63,992 bases of DNA, filler included, from Olpidium bornovanus S191 (GCA_017911155.1; 32 parts of 32 records of this genome joined end to end with filler, not necessarily neighbours in it), one strand, 5' to 3'. Shown: positions 22,776 to 35,747, counted from the whole stretch's first letter. The notes: generated by a model not told the origin, from the sequence alone. Translations and numbers: made by a program.

Positions 22776-24050
22776 ACATCCCTATGCTCGGTCGTAAGGA
22801 CGCCCACTGGGGGTTGTAAATCGGAGGGACTCAACCGTTCGACCGCATCCACCACTTTTTGCAGCTGGCTGGAGAATGCAGACAAAGAGGCCCGTTTTTT
22901 AAGGTATGGATCAAAAAAATTTAAAAAGACCAAAATCAGCACGGAGAGGGGTGGACGACTTGGCCTCCTGAAACACCGACTCTACCTTTCAATGCCGGCA
23001 ACAGAGACTCGTTGACCCTTTTCACCCAGTACGTCAACCTTGTAAATCTGGTCCTTATAGAAGACGACGATGTGGCGCGCCAAGCACGGATACTGGCTCG
23101 ATATATGGTCCGCGGGTGAGTCTGCGATACGGCTTGTCCCGAACTGCTTTCGATACTGATCCATATCTAGCGGCTGTTTTTTCCGTCCCAAAAACTCCGG
23201 CGGCAGCGTCTCTCTTAAATAAGGATGTGACATAGGAGTAGGTCATCTGATGTAGTCGGTTATGAACCAATTCGCAAGCGCAGTGAAACGCAGTGCGGTA
23301 ATTCGTAATTCACTCACCGATTAAGCATGTCACTGTAGTTGAGCAGATTTGACAACAGGCCCGAGGCGCGCCTAACCTGCAAAGGAGTCGCCTTGCCCGT
23401 CGTGGGGGCTCCGTGGGCAGTGGACGGCATGTCCGGCATGTCTTTGAACTGACCCCACCAATTCACGTTGACGTACGATGGTTCTCTCCATTCAAGGTAA
23501 GCTTTGGAAAGCCATATGTTTTCCAGCCAGCTGTTCTGCTCACGCGGAGCAGAAGGATACGCGCAAATAGGAAACCCCTGCTCAGTGATTCTGGTGGGCG
23601 TCAGGCGCCAACGTCACCGCGGGTCATCTTGGGCAGCCGACTGTCGGGTAACACCAAACCAGGAAGGCAGCATCATCGTCGTACCGGTTCCAGCGCGTCA
23701 TGCTCCAGCAGTCTCCGCTGCAGAACCTCGCCGACGCCTCCCGGTTCGACAAACCGCGAGGCGGCCTTCCCGGCCTGCTCGAACTCGTTGTCTGGCAGGA
23801 TCGGCCGCAGAGATTTCATGTGGCGGGCGACGGTCTCCTGCAGCGTAGGGACCGGAAGGCGGGGGAGCTTCTCCTGGTTTGCGAAGGTCTTGACCGCCTC
23901 CTCGGCATGCTTTGTCGCGAACAGGCGGGAGAATGTTCCTTCACGGCAAGCGGCGCGGCGTCCTACTGCAGCCGCTCCAAGCCCGGCCGGCGGCAGCCGC
24001 GACGTCCGGCTGAGCCGCAGGCGGCAGGTCGGCGGGGGACGGCAAACCAT
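22776..24050 (-). CDS. Carnitine O-acyltransferase family protein with probable mitochondrial presequence, 3' partial
   Basis: ATG at 24050 in GCCGCCATGG context; TFANQEKLPRLPVPTLQET, WLENIWLSKAYLEWREPSYVNVNWW, PLDMDQYRKQFGTSRI, HIVVFYKDQIYKVDV and PVGVLTTEHRD. Confidence 0.93.
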
Positions 24051-24254
24051 GGCGGCGGTTGCGCGCGGTGAAGCGGGACGCGGGTTTTGCGGGGGGGAGG
24101 GGAGGAACCGGGGACGCGTCGCGGGCGCCAAGAAGCAGAGGGGGCGGTTTTTTTTTTTGAAGGGGCGGAAGGGGGGGAAAAAGTGCGCGCGCGTCCGGGG
24201 GCCTCTCTGGTCCTGGGCTGCGCGTGCGGCGTGTGCGTTTTTTTTTTTCACTTT

Positions 24255-24289
<35 letters not shown>

Positions 24290-24735
24290 CTTTCTCTTTT
24301 GCGATGCTGTTCCGTTCTATTTGTTTGCTCTTCTGCGCGCGGGGAGGGCGGAACCGGAGACTGCGCCGGCTCCTCCCCCCAGGAACAGCACCTCGATGGA
24401 TCATGTGACCCGCAGAGCGCACCGTGCGGTTCGCAATACTCCTGCTCTCTCAGAAGGGGAGAGCGTCCATGAATCTGCCCTTCGCAGGAAATTTTCCTTT
24501 TGGTGCTCCCCATTCATACCCCCGTGCGTTGGGGAGGAGAGTTCAGCGCCACGCACGGCAATGGTAAAAACTGACCACATCAGGGAAAAGCCCAAAGCCG
24601 TAGCTCGGGAGCGCACGCAGCGCGGTAATCATGCGNNNNNNNNNNNNNNNNNNNNNNNNNNNNNNNNNNNNNNNNNNNNTTAATTAATTAANNNNNNNNN
24701 NNNNNNNNNNNNNNNNNNNNNNNNNNNNNNNNNNN

Positions 24736-26483
24736 CATGTGTATGAAGGACGAGTCGATTATGCCGTACTGCGTTACTCGTAGGACCAACGTGGTGTCCG
24801 GCACCGACGGGCCCAGAAACGGAGACGGGGGCGGAGGCTGCGGGGCACTGGCGGGCTCCAGCTGCACGGACAAGCCCGACAGCGGCCCGCTTCGCCGCCA
24901 GTCACCAGCCAACCTCGTCTGGACTGCCGGCGTTCCTTCCGACGTCGCGGCGTCAGTGCGGCAAGCCGGATTAACGTGCCCCGAGTGGTTCTCGCCCTCA
25001 AAGTAGCCGGCGAAGTAGCAGTCGTCCGTATCCGAAACGTGCCGCCTCGCCGTACAGCCGGGGCGCGAGGGGTTTTCGACGGCGCACGACCCTCCCGCCC
25101 GCGGGGGACAGCCGCTCCGGTGGACGACGAAGTTGTTGACGAAAGTGGGCGGACCCCACTCCGTCGTCTTCGCCCACCCGCAGTACAGCCTTGTAACCTC
25201 GCATACGAGCCAGAGCTGAGCCGGCGGTCGCGACGAGGTTTCGTGGACACACACATCGAGGAGTGTCCGGTAACCGTCTTTTCTTTTTTGAGAGACGGCG
25301 GGATAACAAGATGGGGGGAGGGGGGGGGGGACCGGAGGGGAGGGATGGGGGGGCGGGCGGGATCCCGGCGCGCCGACAAGACCGATCAGAAGCTGCTTGC
25401 AGCCCCGCGTCGCGCGCGCAGGGCGGTCTTCCGAAGACAGTCGCACGGCAAGTGGGGGGGGAGATGCTGCAAGCAGCGCCTTAAAAAGCGCGGTCCGCCC
25501 TCCCCGAAGCTCACCTCTTCGCCAACGCCAGGAAGTAGCCGCGACGCGCGTCCGATTCCCTGTCGCGAAATTTGCGAAGAAGCGGCGAAGGTTGCGCGGC
25601 CGCGGCTCCGCCGCCGGGAGACGCGAAAGCGTTCGGGTTCCAGACGGGCTCGACAATTGAGAGGATCGGGCGGTTCCGACAATCGTCGACAGAGTTGTAG
25701 CGCAGGATGGCGAGGAAATACCAGTTCGTCTCGGCGATGCGGCCGTCAGCGTTGACCAACAGGTACGCCACCCTGCGGAGAGCGCAGTCCGCCACGGGGT
25801 GGTGTGCGAGAGGCACGTCGGCCATGTCGTCTCACCCCGCGCCGCGTACGCGGTCCGGGGCAGGGGAAGACGCGGTCGGGGGCAGGGGAAGGGGGGGGGG
25901 GAACGATGAGGGGAAACCGGCGGTCGCGCGGGAGCGGGGAAACGCCGGCAGGCAGGCAGCGGCACGAGAGCTGCGGATGCAAACGGCAACGAGCGGCGGC
26001 TGGCCAGCGGTCGGGTTGGCTTGCGGCAGCAAGGGCGGCAGGCAGCTTGTGGCGGTCGGGTGCCCGATGGGTGCCCGGTGCGGCGGCGTGCGGACTTTCC
26101 TGAGACGAAGGCGGAGAGAGAGAGACAGTAGTCCCGCGGGGGAAGGGGCGGCGAGAGCGGGGCGGGACGAACCTGGCCGACGGGGCGGAGGGAGGGAAGC
26201 CGAGAGCAAAGAAGAGAGAAGAATTAGACGAAGAGGCTTCCGACGGGGGGACGAAGCGGCGGGGAAGGAGGGGGATGGGGGGCCGGCGGCGGCGGCAGCG
26301 GCAACAGGCAGGCCCGCGGCGGCGGCCGGGCGGCGCTCTTTGGGCGCAGGAGGGCGGCGGGAAGCAGCCGCGGCGCCGGGGAGGGCAGCAGCGGCGGGGC
26401 GGTTGGTCGGGGGGCGGTGATGTGGGCGGTGATGCGGGCGGTGATGCGGGCGGTGATGCGGGCCCGTTGTTGTTGTTGACCAT
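24736..26483 (-). CDS. PAS/PAC-domain protein, 3' partial
   Basis: YLLVNADGRIAETNWYFLAILRYNSVDDCRNRPILSIV (PAS core). Splicing joins GYFLALAKR to KDGYRTLLDVCV (PAC RKDG motif). A later LVLRVTQYGIIDSSF may begin a second PAS. The start is either ATG 25825 or ATG 26483 (MVNNNNGPASPP...). Confidence 0.6.
26412..26462. repeat. 12-bp tandem repeat GGGCGGTGATGY, about 4 copies
   Basis: Seen directly; encodes PASPPASPPASPPTSPP on the minus strand. Confidence 0.9.
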
Positions 26484-28178
26484 GGCCGCGCGAGAGCGAG
26501 AGGGGAGGACAGAGCGACGGCGCGAGAGGGCCGTTCCTCGCGCACGAGACCCGACCCGGGCCGGCGGCGAGTTGAAGCGGAGAGATCACCTGGCGCCACG
26601 CGGGGCCGGTCCGCCGTGCCGAACCCTCTGTCAAACGAACGAGAAAGCCGACTTCCGCGGCGGGATCCGAGCCGCCGAAAGGAGGTTGGCGCGGGGGGGC
26701 GGGCGGGGTTTCTGCTGTCGTTTTTGGAGCCGAGGAGCAAACGCCGCAAGCGGGCAGAACGCAAAGCACCAGACCGGTCAGAAAGGAGCTCCCCAGGAAA
26801 AAGCAATGCCGTGTGACGGCATTGCTTCCACCGCGAAAGCGAATTCACCTTGCCGACCACCAGGCAGAGCACAGGCAAAAAGGCCAGGTCAGCTCGAATC
26901 TCTCTAGTGATTATTTCAATGCAGAAGCGGTGAGCAAACCAGATGGGGAAATTCTCCAGAGGAAAACGCACGTCTCCAGCTGGCCTGGGGGGGGGCAAGC
27001 TAGGCAGGGTTTGCTGCCGGTGCGCCGTGTCGCCAAGGTGCAAAACTTGGAAATTGGCGCTAATTCTAGCTGCTCCTCACAGAAATACCAGGCCAATCTA
27101 GTTTGAGGGGCCCCTTCAACGGCTACAGAACAGCACCAATACTACTCAGATTCGAACAGTATTTTCTGAGATGTAAGTTTTGCAAGTCTGCGGACGTGTT
27201 TGGCAGCTGAACGCGCATGGTACACGTGCATTGGATTCACAAGAAGGGTTAGATCCCCTCGAGCGAAGGAAAAAAGAAAGGAAGGAGGGACGGAAAGGAG
27301 CCTGCCGACGGCGCACCGCATTGATGCTACATGCATACTAAATGTAAACCTCACTGCTTCCCACAGAAGCATGGAAGGTGGGTTTTGACCGGTTTGAAAG
27401 ATCGTTCTCGGCCTGCAGAACGGTTCCACCGAGAACCGGTTTTTTCCTTGGAAGGATGCAAGTGTTACAAGTCAGTGGTATGTCGGGCTGCAACATGGCG
27501 TTAAAGGGGTCCTACATCGCGTACACGACGGTTGCTGATCCCTGCGGCGTGACCGCGGTCCGCGAATGACAGAGCATTTTGGCCACAGAATCTCGGGAAG
27601 CCTTACTTTCATTCGGCAGCCAAATCCACCCTCCTTTCGCCCTCCTTTTGTTTATTCTGCCGAGTTTTTGCTGGCCTGAACCTCTATCTGTGTTTTTTAT
27701 TACATGCNNNNNNNNNNNNNNNNNNNNNNNNNNNNNNNNNNNNNNNNNNNNTTAATTAATTAANNNNNNNNNNNNNNNNNNNNNNNNNNNNNNNNNNNNN
27801 NNNNNNNCCTTGCACTTGAAAACGCACTCAGAAATGTTCGCGCGCGAGGCATATGTCGCTCACACGTCACTTCCGTGTTCATAAAGGGGCACGCGGCTCC
27901 ATAACCTCGCACATTCACCCGCAGGGCAGCAGGTGGGTTCGCGATGTTTACGATGTCCCGAGCGCGCGGAGGCCCCTTTATTACAGGCCGCTGAGGACCG
28001 GCAGAGTGTGAAAACACGTCCAACTTGTGGGATTTCGAAATACCCTCCCACCCAGCTCAGGCCCTTCGTTGCGCCTCTCGCTCCGGCTGTTAAACGAAAG
28101 GAGCAGAAACGCTAGGAGGGGGAGGAATGGCAAATGAAGAAGCAGGGAACTTTGGCGGGCCATCAGAGGCAAGTGCGT

Positions 28179-28762
28179 CTATTGGGCGGTATCCTCGCTG
28201 GAAGAAATGTACATCCATTTGCGTTTTCGGCCCCGAAACGAACCGAGCGCGCCGAAAAACGCCACAAACCCAGGTAGGGAATGGAGTGGCAGGGGGGGGG
28301 GGGGGGGGGAGGGTCAAAAAGTCGTTCAGGAAAAGAACGCGCGGCGCGCTTACCGGACGCGGACTTCCCTCATTATCCGCAAACACACCGCGGCCATTCC
28401 TTCCTCTGACTCACAAGTTTTGGTCGACGAGCTCGGGTACTTCCTCGTCGTCGTCGTCCACGGCGGCGCCGCCGACGCGGCGCACTCCCGCTACCTGGGA
28501 AGCTTGCTGGTATGTCTCGGCAATCTTTCGGAGCGAGGCGAGAGAATCTGGGCCGAGCTGGTTGAGAATGCCTGGTACAAGCTCGGTGAGTTCTGCTCGA
28601 GACACGGCGGCGAGAGTGGCATCAAAGCGCGGTGAGCAGAGCGAACGAAAAGGCCGGGTGGCAAGCCCCGTTGAGCGGAAATGACAATTGATCACCGCAA
28701 CGTACCCTTCACTTCACCGCGCCCGTAGATCGCAAAAGTGTTCGCGGGAACCGCGGCGTGAA
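28179..28762 (-). CDS. EGD1: Nascent polypeptide-associated complex beta subunit (BTF3), 5' partial
   Basis: [49 protein letters not shown]...[20 protein letters not shown] across GT-AG introns. Confidence 0.95.
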
Positions 28763-30255
28763 CTGTCCATGCGTCCGGGGTGTTTTAGTATTTGTTTTCG
28801 GCTCTCGTCAAAAAAAGAAGAGAGAGAGAGAGAGAGAGAGAAACCACCNNNNNNNNNNNNNNNNNNNNNNNNNNNNNNNNNNNNNNNNNNNNTTAATTAA
28901 TTAANNNNNNNNNNNNNNNNNNNNNNNNNNNNNNNNNNNNNNNNNNNNCATGAAAACTTTTTAACTGCTTGCCGCTCGCCGTACCGGTGGGTTCAAACGA
29001 CCACAAGTTTGTTCGCGCCCGGCAAACGCTGCGACGAGAGGGAGGAAGGGGACGGCGCAGGCCGGAAAACCCGATCCGTGCGCCGTTGTTCTTCTTCCGA
29101 CGCGCGACTTGGGTCGAGGTGCGCGGAGCGGGACTGGCCGAAACGTCAGTTACCGACGTAAAGCCTCCAGCTTTGCAATAAGCCCGTGTGAAAGCCTAAG
29201 AAAGAAACGAGGCGCACGCGACGCCCAAGAGAGCAATGGGGAGTAGAGGCTTCAGGTTTCCGGGACGCGGTCCCGGGGGCTTTCGACGGCCAGGGTTTTC
29301 TTTGGAGAAAGAGGGGTTTCGCCTCCAGGCCGAAACGGGGAAACATGCCAGGAAAGAAAGAGAAAACAAAACAGAAAGAGGGGTTCTCCTTCTCCTCCCT
29401 ACCAACCGCGAGGGCGGCGTGGACTTACAATTTCTTTCTTTCCCCACGCCAAAGGCTTTTTTCCGGCGAGCTCTGGGCGCGCGCGGCGCGAACCGCGATT
29501 TCTGTTTTATCTCGCCTCCGGGGTAGTAAGGAAGGGAACCGGGGAGGCGCGTATTTCGCGGTGCCTCCGGAAGTTCTTGCCTCGCGCACCGAAACCCGGC
29601 GTTGCTGCTTCTCCCAAGTTCCCACCCGCACCGGCGGAACGTGCGGAAAAGAGTGCGAGCCCGGCGAAGCGGGCGGGGAGAGGGCGGTGGGGTGGGGGAC
29701 TGTGGGAAAAGGTTGTTTGGACCGCGTCCGCCGCCGCCGGTCTTGCGCCGCCGACAAGGAGTGGGCGTGAGGAGGAGACGACTAAGCGTCCGCCGCCGTC
29801 GCCCTTGCGCCGCCGACGAGGGGATGGGGGGGAGGAGGAGACGACGGAGTCTGGAACTCTCCAGGACGCCGGCGGTCGGCGACGTGAGGGGTGTGCCAGG
29901 AAAAAAGCTGCGTGTTACGTTTTCATTTTTTTTTTTGGTTTCGCAGGGGGAGGACGTTCGGAGGAGGGAGCCGGGGAAAAGCTGGCGAGGCAGGCGGTAT
30001 TGCGAACCGAGACTTTTTATTTTCATTTCGTCCCCGGTTTTTTTTTCTGCCCGACGTGCTGGGCGGGGCAGACAGGAGGATGAAAAATGCTACCAAATGC
30101 CCCCCCCCCCCCCCACCCCCCACCCCCCCCCCCCCTCCCCCCCCCCCGTTTCCCCNNNNNNNNNNNNNNNNNNNNNNNNNNNNNNNNNNNNNNNNNNNNT
30201 TAATTAATTAANNNNNNNNNNNNNNNNNNNNNNNNNNNNNNNNNNNNNNNNNNNN

Positions 30256-31171
30256 CATGCCGCCGGGTCCGCTCCCTTCAACACCCTCGTATCCATAGCG
30301 GTCGTATGCAAGCCGCTCGTCAGGATCCTCGTACATCGTATGACTTCGTATGAGTGCGAAAATTTCTAGAACGTTAGCAGCAATCAACAGAGGGATTCCG
30401 GACCAAGGCTCTCGTGCAACGAAGAAAGCCGAGCTCCAGCCGCAGCTCGCCGAGAGGAAACGATTAACGATACCTTTAAACTTGCCTTCGACGGCCGGGT
30501 TCTGATTAGGGGGGCGGTGGGGGGCACACGACGAGAACCCGGGCAATCAGAAGCGTCCGCCAATTGGGAAGATTTTCTCCCGCGTACTCCGATGGCAAAA
30601 GACGGCCATTTCGCGGCCTCCGCGGTTATAGAAAAAGGAAACGACCGGTGTGCTTACGCGGTGTACGTTGACAGTCGTCAAGTAACCCGCCTGTTCCGGC
30701 GGCGCTCACCTTATCGGAGCGGTATTGCATAGCAAGCTTTTTGTACGCCTGGAAAAAGAAAAATAAAAAAGCGGAAGGAAATGAACGCGAAACGTCAGCG
30801 AACAACCGGCAGAACAGAGAACATCGAGAGGTGGCGAGGCGATCATGAAAAGTAGAAAGACGGGTTGAGCATGGCGTGTGCTTCGGGACCCGGTGCGGGC
30901 GCCGAGCTCGGCCAGGGTCTCGTGCGGAACGGGAAGTAGGAGGATTCACTTCGTCGGCGACTCGACCGCAGACTCGCAAGCCTGCAAAGGGTTCCTCCCA
31001 CCGCAAACCGCTTTTTCTCTCCTCCCCATCTTTCCCTAACCACCCCACCCCCCACGCCCGCGCCCCGCGAGACACCGGGGGAGCGCTGGCGCGAGGCACC
31101 CTCTTCAGTTCGCTCTCGCTAGCCGGACGGGGAGACCCCAGCACATCGTAAAGCCTCGTATCCCTGAGCAT
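30256..31171 (-). CDS. Ydj1-like DnaJ protein with degenerate J domain (HPD replaced by RSD), 3' partial; possible pseudogene
   Basis: Spliced: MLRDTRLYDVLG...ASESELKR-AYKKLAMQYRSDK-NPAVEGKFK-E...DPDERLAYDRYGYEGVEGSGPGGM. Confidence 0.8.
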
Positions 31172-31350
31172 CGCGAAAACCTACCGCGCCACTGTGGGTG
31201 CCGCGGTTGATCGAGTAGTTGCTGGTGCTGATGCCGGTGAAAAGCGATGAGAGCGCGGGGGGGGGGGAAAGGGAGGAAAGGCGTGGGGGGTTTTTTTTTC
31301 TGCCGGTGGAGGAGGGTGGGAGTGGGGTGGCAGAAAGGCGAGCAGCGTGT

Positions 31351-31358
31351 TCTCTCTC

Positions 31359-31394
<36 letters not shown>

Positions 31395-31412
31395 CCTCTC
31401 TCTCCCTCTCTA

Positions 31413-31452
<40 letters not shown>

Positions 31453-31460
31453 CTCTCTCC
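31351..31460. repeat. (CT)n microsatellite at contig end
   Basis: About 110 nt of nearly pure CT repeat abutting the linker. Confidence 0.9.
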
Positions 31461-31645
31461 NNNNNNNNNNNNNNNNNNNNNNNNNNNNNNNNNNNNNNNN
31501 NNNNTTAATTAATTAANNNNNNNNNNNNNNNNNNNNNNNNNNNNNNNNNNNNNNNNNNNNAACCCCCCCCCCCCCCCCCCCCCCCCCCGGGGCCCCCCCC
31601 CCCCCCCCCCCTCCTTCGTTCCCCTCCCGTTCCCGCGAGGAGGAG

Positions 31646-34087
31646 TTGATGGCAACGGCTCACCCGATTCGCGTCAACAGCGCTTCTTCCCCTCAGCGGG
31701 GCGGCCGGCGTCCGGGCGTCGCCCCGATTCGGCTTCCAGCCACAAACCCTTCCGCGGCTGCCGTCGCAGCGCTGCGCTTGGTCCAGCTGGCACACCCTTC
31801 GAACTTCGTCCACTCGCATAGCGCAGCAGCAGCAGCAGCAGCGGGCGGCGACGGGCCGGACGGAGCGCAGGCGGCAGCGGCACAGCCGCCCACGGCCCCT
31901 GCCGGTCCCGCGCGCCCGAGCGAGGAATCCGCGGAAAGGCGCCGTTCTCAGCGCCGCAGCTCGAGGCGTGCGTCGTCGGCCGGCCCGTCCCTTTCGGCGG
32001 CGGAAGTTGAGGCGCTGGAGCCGCTGCTGCGCGACTTTAGAGCGTCTTCGAGGAGGCTGATACGCCACTGTGTCGCCTGCGACCGCACCGGCATCGTGCG
32101 GAACCACCAGTGGGTGGAGCTTGCCGCGATCGTCTCGGAGGCCGAGCTCGCCGCGATCGTCTCGGAGGCCGAGCTCGCCGAAGCCTCGGCGGCCGCCGGC
32201 GCGGCGTTCGATACCCGTCCGACCCACGTCGAGCTGACGCAGCAGGCGCTGCGTTCGGTCCGCATGCTGATGGCCTTCGTGTACGGCGCAGCCGTCCGGA
32301 CGGACGCTGCCGCGGACGTTCTCAGACTGGCCGCAAAGGCTTGCGTACGCTCCGTCCGCGAGCTTTCCGAGAATCCGGAAAGCCCGGTGAGCGTCGGCAA
32401 GTTCGCTGACGATTGGGCGCACCTCACCAGGACCGTCAACAGCCAGGTGGCCAGCTACCTGAAATATGGGATTATCATGGTAAATCCGTGAATTTGCCGA
32501 AGCCGGACCCGCGGCTCGCTTACCGTAGGCAGCGGTTCGTTGACATGCCTTCGCAAACGTCGGTCGGTCCCAGACGGAGTCCGAGCGCCTCAGACGGAAA
32601 CTACACCCTCCTCACGTCCAACATTCCCAAACTTCAGGTGTAACTGTAGGAGGTCGCCGCCCGTCCACAAGGTGGGGCCACCGTCGTGGTTTGATATCCC
32701 CCGCGTCCGTAAACCGCAACCCTCCGACCTGCTCGAGCAGCAGTGCCTCTCGACGAACGCCTGTCACAGGCGAGGAGGACCCGGACGCCACCTTGTGCAA
32801 GGACCGACAGGCTCGACCGCCGATCCCAGGTGTGCTTTTTGTGCCGGAGGCCGATCTGCAGGCGGACGGCGTGGTTGGGGATAGAAGCTCGAGTCCACCG
32901 AACGTCATCTCAAATCTGCCGCCGGGCGGCGTGGTTGATGAGAACGCTGTTACCGATCTCGACCCGGCATCACAGCAATACATTGCCCGCACGCAATACT
33001 TGGCGTACCTTGAACGGAACGCGACACCTCAGTACACGCATGCCGTTTCCCGACCTCATTACGATTCTCCGGTTCGCCGAGGCAGTCGAAGCGGCCGCGC
33101 GCGGTTGAACCTAGGCTACCCGGCGAATTCAGATAGGGTCGGCGGATCGTCCCGGGCTGCGGGTTGCCTCTGCGAGGTTGCCGAGAATGCGCTGCAGAGC
33201 CCCGACTCTGTTCGGCGGCAGGATCAACCGCAGAATTGGCCGTCGGCACAACACCTTGGACCACAAAACCAGAATAGTACTGGAAGAGAATCCGGCAATG
33301 ATATTAACGCGACAAGTCGTCCGCCGAAAAATCAAACAGGAACGGCGGACCATCAGCCGTCAACCACGGAGAGCACGCGTATAATTCAAAGCACCGGCGG
33401 GAGCGCCCCATCTGTGCTTCCGACGTCCGCCCGGCGGCTCTCGTCCGAGAGAGCAGGCAGAGCAGTCCAAACCAGGTTCCCTGTCTTTCAGGCGTTATCC
33501 GAGAGCTCTCAGGCCGTGGGCGGCAAACGCTTTTACAAGGAACAGTTAGGGGTGTGGACGCGATTCTCCAAGATCGGGCTCCGTTACTCCAAATCACAGC
33601 AGCTAAAAAGTAAGCGAGAGCGGAGGGTCTCCGCAACCTTCCAAACATCCGCCGCGCTGGATCACAACGGAGCCATCGGCTTATTGAAGTCTGATTCTGG
33701 GAAACCGAGAAGTACCCGGTTGCCGCCTGAAGTGAAGGCTTACATGGGAAGGAAGCCGCTTCCCCCCACTCCGGATGATCCTCGCACGGCCACCGATGGA
33801 CCTTCCGAAGGGGGGCGAGCGCAGGCAACCATGCGGTCCGCCGGACCGGCATCGTCCTCGTCGCCCTCGTCTCCCGCGCCCCTAAAGTCTCCTCTACCCA
33901 CCCCAAGTTCCGCCTCTGATTCGCTGGCGGGAGCCTTCGCCGCCGCCGAGCGGGCGGCGGAGGACGCCATGAAGCCTGGAAGCCCCGTTCGCTATTCGAT
34001 CACCTTCGGCACCGACGGCGTACCGCCTGCGGATTTCCAGAGCAGCATTTTGACACCTACGTCCCTCGGCCCGGGCTCGCCCGCAGG
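31646..34087 (+). CDS. Hypothetical protein: helical N-terminal part, then a long S/P-rich disordered region; 3' partial
   Basis: Long ORFs 31646-32491 and 32691-34087 are probably exons of one gene; contains the PxxP-type RKPLPPTP. Family not recognised. Confidence 0.5.
32117..32180 (+). repeat. In-frame 27-bp tandem duplication (ELAAIVSEA x2 plus partial)
   Basis: GAGCTYGCCGCGATCGTCTCGGAGGCC at 32117-32143 and 32144-32170. Confidence 0.95.
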
Positions 34088-34354
34088 NNNNNNNNNNNNN
34101 NNNNNNNNNNNNNNNNNNNNNNNNNNNNNNNTTAATTAATTAANNNNNNNNNNNNNNNNNNNNNNNNNNNNNNNNNNNNNNNNNNNNAATCCAGGCCTAT
34201 TTATACTTCGGATTTGTACAGATTTTACAAGGGGGAGAAAGGGGTGTTGATTCCCGCAGGAGCAAAGCCCCCGTGGCCCCTGTGCGCCCCCCCCTTTTCT
34301 CTAACACCGCTCTCTCCGCCTCTCACCCGTTCAGACAACACGCACACCCTTCAA

Positions 34355-34385
<31 letters not shown>

Positions 34386-34388
34386 CAC
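34355..34388. repeat. (CA)n microsatellite
   Basis: CA tract about 100 nt upstream of the exchanger ATG. Confidence 0.9.
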
Positions 34389-34489
34389 TTTCCCGCGCTC
34401 GCACACTCTCAGACACTCTCACTCTCCCCCTCCCCCCCTCCCCCCCCCCGCTCCCACCCGCTCCCACGTGCGGCTTGTTCGTCGCGCGA

Positions 34490-35343
34490 ATGCCGGCGGG
34501 CGCCAGAAGAACCCCCGCGCTGTTCCTCCTCGTCGGCACCGTCCTCTTCCTCAACGCCGCCGCACACTTCGCCCACAGGAGGCCGCCTGCCCGGACCGCC
34601 GCCGCGCCTCAGGACGCCGCCCGCCACTCGCCGCACGCCCTGGTCCGAAGAGGCCCTCCCGCCGAACCCTCGCCGCCGCCGACGCCGCTCTGGATCGCCG
34701 CTTCTGACGGCGGCGGCGGCGGCGCCGGCCGCGGTCCTGCCGCTGCCGGAAAGACCGCGGTACTGTGCACCCGTCCGGCCGGCCCCCCCCCCCCCTTGGA
34801 TCGCCGGAACGGCGGTTTGATCCTCCTGATTTGCCTCTTTTCTGACCCCCCACCACCGCCTTTCTCCTGCCCTCCTCCCCCCACCACCTCCACCACCGGC
34901 TCTCTCCTGCAGTTCACTTTCGAAGCACAGTGCGACGGCATCCACTTGCAGTCGGACAAGTGCAGCTTCGTGCGAGCAAACTGCAACGGGATGGCCACTG
35001 GCATGTTCAACTACCTGGAATTCTACTACTGCTCCGCCGCCGCGGGTGTGATTCCATTTGTGGCGTTGGTATGGTGGCTTGGGAGACGGAAGTTGTGGGG
35101 TTAGGGGGGAGAAAGAAGGGAAGAGGTGTGAGCGTGTGGGGCGGGGGGGGGGGATTGATTCCGGACAGCTGTCCTAGGCGCGGTGTTAATCTCAGACAGG
35201 AGGGAAAGGGAAAAATGGGGGGCCGGGTTTCCCGGGAGCTGTTCCGGCGTGACGTTCATCTCCGACCTACAAAACGTCCGTCCAGGTCTGCTGGCTGCTT
35301 ATCTTATTTGCGCTCGTCGGCATAGCTGCCTCAGAGTTTTTCT
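34490..35343 (+). CDS. Cation/Ca2+ exchanger (CCX/NCLX, YDL206W-like), N-terminal part
   Basis: Signal-like N-terminus, Cys-rich QCDGI...KCSFVRANC...FNYLEFYYC, then exon VCWLLILFALVGIAASEFFC. Confidence 0.82.
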
Positions 35344-35747
35344 GTGAGGTCCAAATGGGTTTGGGGCGCACAATTAACGACGGAAACCAAATTCGACGCT
35401 GACTTTCTGACGGACAATCCGCCGGGGAAGGCCCGAATTTGGGAGCCATCGCGCGCTCGCTGAACATGTCAGAAAATATGGTAGCGTCTGAAAGCCCCCT
35501 CCCGTCCCTCGAAGGCNNNNNNNNNNNNNNNNNNNNNNNNNNNNNNNNNNNNNNNNNNNNTTAATTAATTAANNNNNNNNNNNNNNNNNNNNNNNNNNNN
35601 NNNNNNNNNNNNNNNNGACATGGAGTGTTCTCCGCGAAGACGGCTAACGGAAGGCGGCACCGGATGCCTAATACGTTGCGTTTTCCGCAAGAATGCGCGG
35701 TTGGTCGGTCCCTTGTTTGTCCTTCGCCCACCTGGCAGCCAAGACAC

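Noticed and set aside
28949-30155. Coding potential in this contig
   Set aside because: Only low-complexity ORFs and one possible mini-exon were found, so no product can be supported.
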